Origin: Candidatus Borrarchaeum weybense
GTDB lineage: Archaea; Asgardarchaeota; Sifarchaeia; Borrarchaeales; Borrarchaeaceae
Length of the DNA stretch: 64,000 bases
Direction: 5' to 3'
Assembly (NCBI GenBank): GCA_019057385.1
Contig: JAHQJS010000006.1
Span: 416,001 to 480,000, forward strand
The notes under the pieces are model-generated. The model did not search any database and had not been told where the DNA came from. It saw nothing but the letters and a program-made list of their open reading frames with translations. Of this stretch, positions 10,240-19,747 are shown in pieces. The position numbers and the translations under genes are program-made. The first letter of the stretch is position 1, and each line of letters begins with the position of its first letter.

Positions 10240-10330
10240 GATATTCATCACCACTCTTCTGTGCAAAAACTATATAAAAATAGCTGCTTTCATCCCCCAC
10301 CTGTCAGAAGGGGACTTCCTGCCGATAATG
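10240..10330 (-). mobile_element. IS605-family left-end relic
   Basis: Reverse complement aligns with 19748-19840 (CGGC.GGAAGTCCCCTTC...GTGGGGGAT.AAAGC.GCTA...GTGATGAATATC) and is preceded by TTTAA. Confidence 0.75.
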
Positions 10331-10389
10331 TTAAATACTAATTCAGTTAGTTTTTTCATAGAGAAAAAAATGGGGTTAAGTGCATCAAA

Positions 10390-10734
10390 ATGGCTCGATC
10401 TATTTGCCCTTTCCTTTATAATCACGGACAAGGCTATGTTTGTAGAGCGCTAAACTCACAATATATTCATGATGATGATGCAAAGAATATTTGCAGCAAT
10501 GCTGAAGCATATATGTACTGCGTTCATTATTCACAAAGGAATAGACATATACATGACTTCCCAACTAATACAAAAAGGATGATCTGTCCAAAATGTAACT
10601 CTCAACAGGTATGTGAGACACTTTATTTGCTAAACAAAGAAACTCAAACATCTAGCGAATTTTTGGCTTATACTTGTGAAGTATGCGGGTACACTGAACT
10701 ATACAAATCCCATTTATTTCCAGATAATATTTGA
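10390..10734 (+). CDS. Small Cys-rich protein with C-terminal zinc ribbon
   Basis: CPKC...CEVCGYTELY plus an N-terminal C/C/C/C-H cluster. Confidence 0.7.
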   Translation: MARSICPFLYNHGQGYVCRALNSQYIHDDDAKNICSNAEAYMYCVHYSQRNRHIHDFPTNTKRMICPKCNSQQVCETLYLLNKETQTSSEFLAYTCEVCGYTELYKSHLFPDNI

Positions 10735-10851
10735 TGTGTACGCCAATACTTTTCTTCTCTTTTTAGAAGTTTTGAAAATATGTTAAATAAAAAAAGTCAA
10801 ACAGAGAATTGCGATATTGTGATGTATTGAATCTTTTGAACTAATACTGTT

Positions 10852-12825
10852 CTATAGTATCTTTACCTTTACGTAATTGAAAATATGATCAATTATATTC
10901 TTATCAAGATCATCGCTGTTTTCTAAACTCTCCAAATAATTTTTTAGATCAACACACGTTTTATAAGTCGAAATTATAGGCAAATCGAATCTTATGTTTA
11001 GTTTTGAGATTATTAAGGCTCCTGCGTGAGTTTGGGAAAACCCTTGATATCTGATTGCCTTATATACCTTTGTTATTGCAGTTCGAAGTGAATCATCCAG
11101 TTCCTCTTTTTCTCTCCAGCGCACTAGTTTAATATCTCGCTCTAAGAAATCAACTGGATCTGTTAATTCAGGGCCTATTAACCCATTATTATATGGTGTG
11201 TGCATTACTAGAAATGAACGTTGTTCGGTTGAAATCTCAATTTTTGGTCTCGGAGCAACTTCTAAAATTATCTCACATAAACTTCTTTTTGAGATAAAAT
11301 CAAGTGGCTTTTCAAGTTCATCAAAAACAATTGAATAATCTTGGAATGCGTATTCTACTTCTAGTGAATCATCTTTATTGGATTCCAAGATTGGTAGTAC
11401 TTTGTTTAATGTACTAAATAGTTTTGTTTTTCCATTTCTAAGCAGGAAATAAGTTTCAGAACGAGATAATCTCTTCAATGCTGAAGAAATAGCTGTTGCA
11501 GCCTCTATTGGTTTTGTGTGAATATGATCATTAAGCCATTTATTCATTACAGGATATATGATCTCTTTAATAATCTTTATTCGTTCTTCTAGAAGTTGAA
11601 TCATTTTTTCTACAGATTTTTCGTATCCATCTAATACAGATCGCTCAAGGTTTGCAAGATCTCGAATATCTTGTTCTAACTCTTTAGCTAATGTTTTGCG
11701 CAAGTATTCAATCCATTGCCCTTCAGAAAGCGCAAAAGTGAATTCATGTGAATATATCGAAGGAACAGGCGCTCCAACAACATTTCTCCGTTTAAACTCA
11801 TCCATTATTTCTTCGCATGCCATTTGCGCATCTAAAATACCGTCTAATTCGATTTGATATGCGATCTTAGCTATACTAACTGGACAGTTATATTTTAAAG
11901 CAGTTTGTTCGGCAATGCGACCTGGCAATCTTTGAACTTTTGATTCCAAAGAGCCAAATTTATCTTCAAACTCTTTTGTGATTTCAGTTAAAGCAGTTAT
12001 TGTTAATTTATCTAACTCGCCCTCTTTATCCAATAATTTCTTTTGAGTTTTTAGCGTCTCAACTCTTCTCTTAAGCTCTTCTTCCAGTTTCTTCTTTGTT
12101 TCGAAATCTTCTTCTACGTCTCTTTCCACATCTCTTTCAAAATCTGCAAGAAAGGGGTATTCTTCGTCAATTAATTCTTCCCATGGTTTTACATGTTTAG
12201 GTGATACTTGTTCTAAAGCAAATCCACCAGCTATAGCGTACTCTGCAATCTGTCTAACCTTTTCTTGATCAATTCTTAAACTCTCTGCAATCTCCTTTAG
12301 AGGCCTTATGCCATCAATTAAGGCAATTACATCAATTCCTTCATTTCCAAAACGTTCGCTTATCTCTTTATTCTCTCTTGATGATGGTATCATAACTTTA
12401 AAAGTTGCTTTTGTTCTTTCTAATATTGTCTCTAGAGTTACTGTTTTGATGAGCCATTCTCTTATTAGCTTATCGAGTTTCTCATCGAAAGGTTTGAAAA
12501 TCTTCACATCTCCAGCCCATGTATTTATTCTATAACGATAATCTGCCAAAAATTCGCGTTTAACAAGATCTATGAATCCTTCTAACTTTTTCAAATCTAC
12601 ATTAATATCTGCTGCAATGACAAAAATAAGTCTAGGATTAAATGTGGATTCATACACAAAACGGACATCTTCAGCTACGATAGACTTGATTTTCAAATCA
12701 GCATATGTTAGAATTGCGGATTGAAAGCCTGAAATTAGGTCTTCATCAATTTCCGAATGTTCACTGAAGTCTTTGTGTACTAAGCATTGACCTGTATCCA
12801 AGATAATCCAGACACCATATTTCAT
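10852..12825 (-). CDS. Longin-domain protein with winged helix, coiled coil and helical C-terminal domain
   Basis: N-terminal VWIILDTGQCLVHKDF...DEDLISGFQSAI...FVIAAD...FKPFDEKLD longin pattern; LIDGIRPLKEIAESLRID winged helix. Probable ATG at 12825. Confidence 0.75.
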   Translation of the reverse strand: MKYGVWIILDTGQCLVHKDFSEHSEIDEDLISGFQSAILTYADLKIKSIVAEDVRFVYESTFNPRLIFVIAADINVDLKKLEGFIDLVKREFLADYRYRINTWAGDVKIFKPFDEKLDKLIREWLIKTVTLETILERTKATFKVMIPSSRENKEISERFGNEGIDVIALIDGIRPLKEIAESLRIDQEKVRQIAEYAIAGGFALEQVSPKHVKPWEELIDEEYPFLADFERDVERDVEEDFETKKKLEEELKRRVETLKTQKKLLDKEGELDKLTITALTEITKEFEDKFGSLESKVQRLPGRIAEQTALKYNCPVSIAKIAYQIELDGILDAQMACEEIMDEFKRRNVVGAPVPSIYSHEFTFALSEGQWIEYLRKTLAKELEQDIRDLANLERSVLDGYEKSVEKMIQLLEERIKIIKEIIYPVMNKWLNDHIHTKPIEAATAISSALKRLSRSETYFLLRNGKTKLFSTLNKVLPILESNKDDSLEVEYAFQDYSIVFDELEKPLDFISKRSLCEIILEVAPRPKIEISTEQRSFLVMHTPYNNGLIGPELTDPVDFLERDIKLVRWREKEELDDSLRTAITKVYKAIRYQGFSQTHAGALIISKLNIRFDLPIISTYKTCVDLKNYLESLENSDDLDKNIIDHIFNYVKVKIL

Positions 12826-13192
12826 GAAAGTGAACCTCTTATATTTAACTACACGTAAGAGCAAAAATATTGCATATTCTTCTTCTTAATTGAACAACGA
12901 TTAGTAGCTACGAATCTTATTCAATCATTATTCTTAAATCCTGCGATTGTAAATAATTCAAATCCCCTAGCACCAAGATTTTTGCGCACGAAGGCAAATT
13001 TTAACACTAATGACTTAGATATCCCCTCATAGTAATACCTTAACAATGTATTTCTAAGAAACTAACGAAATACTCGTTTATTTGATTTTTCGGTACTTGA
13101 AACTAAATAAATGCTTAGAATTGTCCAATTTAAAGATTCTGAAAAAAATATCCGCAACCGCGTTGAATAATGAATGAGCCTCATTTGGTTCG

Positions 13193-13459
13193 CTAAATAA
13201 TGAATGAGCCCCATGTTGTCAGCGCGAAATGAAGACCGAAACCAATTGTGAGCGAGATCGCTAGAAGTCGAATTCCAAGACCTTTAAGAGTTATATCACG
13301 AGTGGTCTCAATATAGATAATGAAATTAACAACTAATAAACCACCTATAACTAATAGAATCCCTGCAATTATTCCATATCCGCCTTTAAGCCATCCAAGA
13401 AATTCAAGAAAAGTTGGTATATTTATTTCTGGTGGTCCTTCTTCCTGCATGAACAACAT
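13193..13459 (-). CDS. Small two-TM membrane protein
   Basis: Two hydrophobic helices; GGTGA SD upstream. Confidence 0.6.
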   Translation of the reverse strand: MLFMQEEGPPEINIPTFLEFLGWLKGGYGIIAGILLVIGGLLVVNFIIYIETTRDITLKGLGIRLLAISLTIGFGLHFALTTWGSFII

Positions 13460-13610
13460 ATTTTTTCACCGAAATATTTCCTTTCTTTTAGGGTAGGTTC
13501 AATGAGCAATACTTCTTCTTTTAGTTTGTCCAGTAAACTTTTAAGAGTTGTTGCGAACATCTCTAATAGTGAGGCTTTAAGAAATTTTCCCTTTAAATGG
13601 TGTCTTCAAA

Positions 13611-14000
13611 ATGGCTAAAAAATTGAAATGTAAGAACTGCGGTAATACCTCATTTGAGGGTGTAAAACCTAATAAGACGTGGCAAATGTACAGCCCGCTC
13701 CCAGATAAAGCTGGGAATATCACTATTACCATAATGGGGTCGCTTACATGTCCTAGTTGTGGGAAAAATGTAAGAGGCGCTCTACGCACCATAAAAACTG
13801 ATCAAACTGAGGGTGGCACATATAAAAAGCGTGAAAACCTCTTAGAGGCTCTTGTTAGTGCAACTGATAAGATCGATTTAACAAAATTAAGTTCTGAGTT
13901 AGACATTGAACTAAATACCCTTAAAAAGGTCATAGAAGCCCATATCAAAAAAGGAAAGGTGAAAGGACAGGTAACTGATAATTCCTTTGTACCTAAATAG
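13611..14000 (+). CDS. Cren7-like zinc-ribbon domain fused to a C-terminal winged helix (PCI-like)
   Basis: CKNCG...PNKTWQMYSPLPDKAGNITITIMGSLTCPSCG, then IDLTKLSSELDIELNTLKKVIEAHIKKGKVKGQV. Confidence 0.65.
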   Translation: MAKKLKCKNCGNTSFEGVKPNKTWQMYSPLPDKAGNITITIMGSLTCPSCGKNVRGALRTIKTDQTEGGTYKKRENLLEALVSATDKIDLTKLSSELDIELNTLKKVIEAHIKKGKVKGQVTDNSFVPK

Positions 14001-14168
14001 AGTGTCATCATTTTCTTAAATTGAATTTTTCGAAATGTAGCTAACTTTCGGAATTTTTTTTCTGGTACATTAAAGAAAGATATTTTAATAACAGAACATT
14101 TCCTATGGTGAAGCATAGGAGTAACAGAGATTTTTATCTAATCATATCTTTGTTAAATAAATCGAAAG

Positions 14169-14975
14169 ATGAAAGGGAAGCATGAAATGACAGAATTTAA
14201 CTTAAAGACAATTCAACAGATCCCTTCAGATATTGATAAATCAATTGTTTTAATAGGCATGCCTGGTATCGCAAGTGTAGGAAAACTATGTATATCATCT
14301 TTAATTAATGCTTTGAGCGCAACAAAAGTGGCAGAAGTTTTTTGCAGCGATTTTCCCCCACACGTGCTTGTAGAGCCAGATGGTCTTCTTTATGTTCCAC
14401 GAACTACAATTTACCATAGTAGACTTGAAGATGGTGGAACCAAAGATTTATTCTTAATCACTGGTGATTATCAACCTACAACCTCAATTGGTGTCTATGA
14501 GTTTGCAGATTACTTAGCAAAGAAGTGCGCAGAAGAATTCAAAGCCGAATTAGTCATAGCTACCGCTGCTTTTGTACGAGATAACTTAACAGAAATCCCA
14601 CATGTGTTCATTTCATCTACTTCTCAAGAAACACTTGATTCGTTTATTGAAGCAGATAAAGCAGAACTTTTTAAAAATGGGACTGTTACTGGCGCAAATG
14701 GTATTATCCCTGCAATGGCTGCGGCACTTTATGATGTAACTGGAGTTTGTTGCTTAGGAGAAACAGCTCCAGTCCTACAGTCAGATCCGCGTGCAGCGAG
14801 GGCTATAATTGAAGTTTTGAACCAAACCTTACACATTTCCAATGATGTAACAAACCTTACGCCTTTTCTTGATGAATTAATCAAAGAAATCGAACCGGTA
14901 TATAGAGAGGCAAAAAACAAATTGGACATGGATAAAATGCGTGATCGGACACGTGACCAGCCCTATATCTCTTAA
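14169..14975 (+). CDS. Proteasome assembly chaperone PAC2 family protein
   Basis: GMPGIASVGKL, DFPPHV, ITGDYQP, GANG, CLGET, DPRAA. Confidence 0.9.
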   Translation: MKGKHEMTEFNLKTIQQIPSDIDKSIVLIGMPGIASVGKLCISSLINALSATKVAEVFCSDFPPHVLVEPDGLLYVPRTTIYHSRLEDGGTKDLFLITGDYQPTTSIGVYEFADYLAKKCAEEFKAELVIATAAFVRDNLTEIPHVFISSTSQETLDSFIEADKAELFKNGTVTGANGIIPAMAAALYDVTGVCCLGETAPVLQSDPRAARAIIEVLNQTLHISNDVTNLTPFLDELIKEIEPVYREAKNKLDMDKMRDRTRDQPYIS

Positions 14976-15227
14976 AACGCTAATATATATCTTTATGGAG
15001 ACTTTATTGCATCTCATCTATTTATTTTATGAGTAATTTGACTGTGCGCCCACTTTTCTAATTTTTGTTAAATAGATTACATACATTGAAATTTAGCAGC
15101 CCAATTCGATGTCAAATTACTTTTCGATATTATTATTTTTTCTAATATGTATTATCAGAAAAATTTTTAAAACCTTTATTTCAACGTCTTATTTGTAATT
15201 CAAAACTGCCAAAGAGGTTGTTATAAA

Positions 15228-15575
15228 ATGGGAACATTTACTGTAGTAATTTCAGAATCTCCTTATGGACGCGAGAAACCATATACTGCACTGAGATTCG
15301 CACTTTCATCTCTTGTTGATGAACATAATGTAAACCTGTTCTTAGTTCAGGACGGGGTATACGTCGGGTTAAATAAACAGTCACCTAAACAATACCCGAA
15401 TCATTTTAAACTCCTTAAGACGTTTTTGGAAGAAGGAGGAAAACTCAGAGTCTGTGGGGTTTGCATTGAGGCTCGTGGCGTTTCCCGAGAAGATTTAATT
15501 GACGGTGTAGAAGTCATCGGTATGCATGAATTTGTTGACTGGGTTGCTGAATCTGAAAAAGTCTTAATGTTTTGA
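15228..15575 (+). CDS. DsrE/TusD-like sulfur relay protein
   Basis: SPYGRE, FLVQDGVY, VCGVCIEARG. Confidence 0.85.
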   Translation: MGTFTVVISESPYGREKPYTALRFALSSLVDEHNVNLFLVQDGVYVGLNKQSPKQYPNHFKLLKTFLEEGGKLRVCGVCIEARGVSREDLIDGVEVIGMHEFVDWVAESEKVLMF

Positions 15576-15584
15576 GGTGATGGA

Positions 15585-15821
15585 ATGCACAATTCTGAGA
15601 CACAAGTCGATACCACTGGTCAGGCTTGTCCAGTCCCGGTACTTCGTACTCGGCGAGGATTAAAAGCGATTGAATCTGGTAAAATCCTAGAAATTATTGG
15701 AGATTTCTTTCCTGCGAAGAAAAACATCCAAGATTATGCTGAAAAACATGGACATGAAGTTATTGAGGTAATCGAGCCTGACGAGAATGGAGTTTATAAA
15801 ATTTTTATTAAGAAAGGATAA
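15585..15821 (+). CDS. tusA: TusA/SirA sulfur carrier
   Basis: VDTTGQACPVPVL (CPxP motif). Confidence 0.9.
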   Translation: MHNSETQVDTTGQACPVPVLRTRRGLKAIESGKILEIIGDFFPAKKNIQDYAEKHGHEVIEVIEPDENGVYKIFIKKG

Positions 15822-15868
15822 AGTTGTTTTAAGTGTAACTTGCTGAACTTTTTTTATTTTTCTATTTT

Positions 15869-16342
15869 CTATTTGCGGAGAGTTGATTTTAGTATAATTG
15901 GATGAAGAAATAAGTCTAAAGCGTGCGCTGGATCGGTAACCACGATATTCGCGTTATTAATTGTTTCAACAGCAGCTCCTTCTTTACCCATAACTGCAAT
16001 ACCTATTTTTGCTGCTTTAAGCATTTTACTATCATTAATTCCGTTGCCAACAGCAGCTGTGTTTTCTGCGCCTAATTTCTCTATTAATAGTCGTTTTTCT
16101 TCATCTTCTGGTAGATCAAGTGTTAGACGATGTGTTTCCACACTTAATTCTTTTCCTATATCTGCAAGATTTCCACGCGTATCTGCGCTTGCAATAATCA
16201 CTCTAACGCTATTTGCAAGTAGTTTCAATCGTGTTTTAACATTATCGCTAATTTGCCCAGTCATAGCTAATGTACCGTTGAGGTCAAAAACGATAGTACT
16301 AATACCAATTTTCCCAAGGCTAGGTATTTCTATTTCAATCAA
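15869..16342 (-). CDS. Soluble P-type-ATPase-like HAD hydrolase
   Basis: FDLNGTLA, SADTRG, VGNGIND. Confidence 0.85.
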   Translation of the reverse strand: MIEIEIPSLGKIGISTIVFDLNGTLAMTGQISDNVKTRLKLLANSVRVIIASADTRGNLADIGKELSVETHRLTLDLPEDEEKRLLIEKLGAENTAAVGNGINDSKMLKAAKIGIAVMGKEGAAVETINNANIVVTDPAHALDLFLHPIILKSTLRK

Positions 16343-16361
16343 TTGATTTTCCTCTGACTAA

Positions 16362-17351
16362 TTACTCATTTTCAGCGATAGAATTCTTTACGTGCTCCCA
16401 AAAAGCCTCAACGAGCACTGGATACGATTCGTGTACTCTACGAACCATGAAAAGTTTCCTTCTATTTTCAATTGCTTTGAGCGGAATTATTTTGATGTAA
16501 TTCTCTGATTTTTTTGCTGCAATTGATGAAATCACGCTTATACCATATCCCCCGCTAACTGCAGTAATTACCGCTTCAGTACTTCCGAGTTCTAATACGC
16601 TTTGAAATTCGTCTATTGAAAGACCTGCAGTTTCCAAAATTCTTTCAGTTTCTTTTCGAGTTCCAGATGTTTTTTCTCTAGTGATAAGTTGATATTTTAC
16701 GAGTGTCTTTGGATCGACGGGAATGTTAGATGCCAATTCATGCTCTGGAGGAACAATCAATACGAGTTCTTCTTCCGCTATCGGAAACATTTCTACTTCT
16801 GCGTCATAGCCAACCAAACTTCCAACTGCTGCGAGATCTGATTCTTTCGCTAATAACTTCTCCAAACTTTTTCCGCTATCACTAAGATCTACCTCAAATT
16901 CAACGGTCGGATGTTCTGCTTTGAATATTGCCATGAACTTAGGCAATATGTGTTCCCCAGGGATCGTGCTCGTGGCGATACGTAAAGTGCCAGTTATTTC
17001 ACCTTTTAGTCTCTCGATATCTTCCTTAGTACGATTTAATATCGCAATAATTTCTCTTACACGTTCGAAAACTATTATGCCTGCCCGATTAAGGTTTTCT
17101 CCTTCGCTTACTCGCTCAATTTTGTCTTCACGCAGCCGCTCAACTTTGTAAAATAACTCTGCATTAAAGAATTTTTCAAGTGAGCCTATGTGATTAGAAA
17201 CAGTTCCTTGTGTTAGATTCAATTTCTCAGCGGTTCTTGAAAAACTTCCTCCCATCTCTACTAGTGTTAGAAATGTTTTCAATGCCCGAAGTCTTAGATC
17301 ATCCTTTGGTTCACGAGTTTTGGATTCCATCCGCCCACCCTTTTTGTTCAT
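16362..17351 (-). CDS. LysR-family regulator, CysL/selenium-metabolism-associated type
   Basis: SFSRTAEKLNLTQGTVSNHIGSLE HTH; STIPGEHILP, REKTSGTR, GSTEAV. Confidence 0.85.
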   Translation of the reverse strand: MNKKGGRMESKTREPKDDLRLRALKTFLTLVEMGGSFSRTAEKLNLTQGTVSNHIGSLEKFFNAELFYKVERLREDKIERVSEGENLNRAGIIVFERVREIIAILNRTKEDIERLKGEITGTLRIATSTIPGEHILPKFMAIFKAEHPTVEFEVDLSDSGKSLEKLLAKESDLAAVGSLVGYDAEVEMFPIAEEELVLIVPPEHELASNIPVDPKTLVKYQLITREKTSGTRKETERILETAGLSIDEFQSVLELGSTEAVITAVSGGYGISVISSIAAKKSENYIKIIPLKAIENRRKLFMVRRVHESYPVLVEAFWEHVKNSIAENE

Positions 17352-18501
17352 TTAATGTGGGTGCAGGAATTAAAAGTGTAATCATTAAACAGATAATTGC
17401 TATGCCCGCTGAAAAATAAAAAATACTACCCAAACCAAAGTTTTCACCTAAAAATCCTGCGATAGGTGGTCCCGCTGATGATACTCCAAAAGCGAACAAG
17501 TAGTAAATTCCAAAGAGTACACCAAAACTTCCTTTTGCTAAGTCGCTCATGAGCGCATTCGTGGTTGGAATTAACCCTAATAAAATGAAACCGAAGACAA
17601 GAACGAGTATCACCAAAATTACATTTGAGACCATAGGTATTGGTAATGCAGTTCCTGCGCATGCAAGTGAGAGAACAATAAGTACTTTCTTTCTTCCAAG
17701 TCTATCACTAAGCGCTCCTGAAACATATTGTCCCACACCACCTGTAGCAAGAAGCAATGAAAGCATTAAGCTTGCAATTGCAACATCATAAGATCGAGCT
17801 TGAACTAAATAAAGAATCAAAAAAGATGTTGTTATTTGATAAAGAAATCCTTGGAAAATGGCTAGAACAAATACGATGATGATAGCTTTTGATAAAAGCC
17901 TTCTTAAAGAATTTCTTTGTTTTGGCGCTTGCGCGTTTGTTCTACTGACCACATCTTTACCTCGCCATCGGATAAAGACAAAGATCGAGAAACCAAAGCC
18001 TAATAGCGCGTAGATCAGAAAAGTTATTTTCCAACCTTGTAAAACAGCTATGCCACCAGAAGCTATGGGGGATGCAATCTGTCCTACACTTCCTGCGAGA
18101 CCATGCAAACCCATAGCATGTCCTCTTCCTTTTTCATCGAAAGCATGAGATAACATTGTCAGGCCGCTTGGATGGTATGTACTTCCTCCAGCTCCCATTA
18201 TGACGAACCCAGCCAGTAAAATGTAAATATTTGGCGAAAATAAAGCAACAAGTGATCCTACCGCACATATGGTAAGCCCAAAAATGATTAGATTCTTAGC
18301 CCCTACTTTATCAGCTAAAATACCGGTAGGTAACTGACCAACTCCATATGCCGCAACAAATGCTGTAACAAGCAAGCCAATTTCTATAAGATTAAGATTA
18401 AATTCGATTGCGAGGAAAGGTAACAAAGGGGGAATCATTAATTGAAATGAATGATTTATGGCATGTCCAATTCCTGCGATAGTTAACGACATCTTTTTCA
18501 T
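17311..18501 (-). CDS. MFS transporter
   Basis: ~12 TM helices; GILADKVGAK and GALSDRLGRK motif A repeats. Confidence 0.9.
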   Translation of the reverse strand: MKKMSLTIAGIGHAINHSFQLMIPPLLPFLAIEFNLNLIEIGLLVTAFVAAYGVGQLPTGILADKVGAKNLIIFGLTICAVGSLVALFSPNIYILLAGFVIMGAGGSTYHPSGLTMLSHAFDEKGRGHAMGLHGLAGSVGQIASPIASGGIAVLQGWKITFLIYALLGFGFSIFVFIRWRGKDVVSRTNAQAPKQRNSLRRLLSKAIIIVFVLAIFQGFLYQITTSFLILYLVQARSYDVAIASLMLSLLLATGGVGQYVSGALSDRLGRKKVLIVLSLACAGTALPIPMVSNVILVILVLVFGFILLGLIPTTNALMSDLAKGSFGVLFGIYYLFAFGVSSAGPPIAGFLGENFGLGSIFYFSAGIAIICLMITLLIPAPTLNEQKGWADGIQNS

Positions 18502-18568
18502 TATTATCCCAGCTCACCTAGCAAAAGTTATGCTTTTAAAAGTACCTTTTCTGGTAGGGCAGTTCCAA

Positions 18569-19585
18569 TCAGATTTCTGAAAAATCAATGAGCGGGCTTT
18601 CACGAAATGAAAGTGGTTCTGCATCAAAGCCAAGTTTTCTTAGATGTGCTGCAAACTCATGGTCATAACCATGGCTGACAAACACTTTTTCGGGATTGCA
18701 TGTCTCGACAGTCTCTACCAATTCGTTGAAATCCGCGTGGTCCGACAGCGGAAAAACCCGATCTACTTTCATTCGATGAACATAACTCTCTTCATCAATT
18801 GCCCATCCACTAAAAAACGCTGTTTTCGCATTGACCTTTCGCATTAGTTTCGCTCTTCCGCTTTGAGGTGAAGTGATCAATATCCATGGTGGGATTTTTA
18901 ACTGCTTGTTTTGTCCAAACCTTTCAAAATCTAGAAGTGGGACACCACATTCTCTATAAATATCGTTAATTTTCTTTATATTTTTATCTAGGTAGATGGG
19001 CGCGAAGTCTTCGAATATCTTACACAGTAATTGTGCCTTTCCAAGAGTATAACCCATCAAAACAACGGGACAACCCTTTTTAAACTGTTCTTCAATCCAG
19101 TCTTTTGCATCCTTGACGATTTCTTCGGATGGAGGAAAAATGTATTTTTCTTTGCCAAATGTGGCTTCTAAAATTGCGTAATCACATTTTTCAGGTATAA
19201 ATTTCCCTAAAAACTCGCGTTCTCTTAAAGTAAAATCTGAGGTAAAGACTATCTTCTTATCATTTTCAATGACCAATGCTCTTGAGCCAAGAACATGTCC
19301 AGTATCAACCATTCTCAGATTGAGATTGTTGATTGACAGTTCTTCGTTGATTGTATTGATCAATGAGTGATTTCTTCTAGCTGATACAAGTTTTTCTGTC
19401 TCCAGAGAGCACAATTTTGGAATTGGAGTTTTTTTCCTCAGCATGTGATCAGCATGGCTGTGAGATATGAATATAATATTTCCTTGAGGTTCCTTCGTTG
19501 GATCTAGTGCGATTTTGAATTTCGGCAATTGTAGTATTATGTTGTCATTCATTTTACACAGTGCTCCAATGCATTTAAAATACAA
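18569..19585 (-). CDS. Metallo-beta-lactamase/beta-CASP nuclease
   Basis: SHSHADH, GHVLGS, EATFG, GKAQ, SDHADF, HG. Confidence 0.85.
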   Translation of the reverse strand: MYFKCIGALCKMNDNIILQLPKFKIALDPTKEPQGNIIFISHSHADHMLRKKTPIPKLCSLETEKLVSARRNHSLINTINEELSINNLNLRMVDTGHVLGSRALVIENDKKIVFTSDFTLREREFLGKFIPEKCDYAILEATFGKEKYIFPPSEEIVKDAKDWIEEQFKKGCPVVLMGYTLGKAQLLCKIFEDFAPIYLDKNIKKINDIYRECGVPLLDFERFGQNKQLKIPPWILITSPQSGRAKLMRKVNAKTAFFSGWAIDEESYVHRMKVDRVFPLSDHADFNELVETVETCNPEKVFVSHGYDHEFAAHLRKLGFDAEPLSFRESPLIDFSEI

Positions 19586-19747
19586 AGGGTATCTAACACA
19601 GTTTTTAGTTCGTTTTTTGTAGATAGATTGAACTTTAGTGTCATTTGAGTATTCTTATCGTTTTTATTTCTAAGTCGTGAAACAAGTTTTCATGTAAGAC
19701 GAGGACTTTATAAGTATCGGATGAGTTTCTTATACACCATTATTTAA

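Noticed and set aside
15228-15821. DsrE or TusA as selenoproteins
   Set aside because: Both have Cys codons at the active sites and are full length. No convincing in-frame UGA gene was found anywhere in the window.
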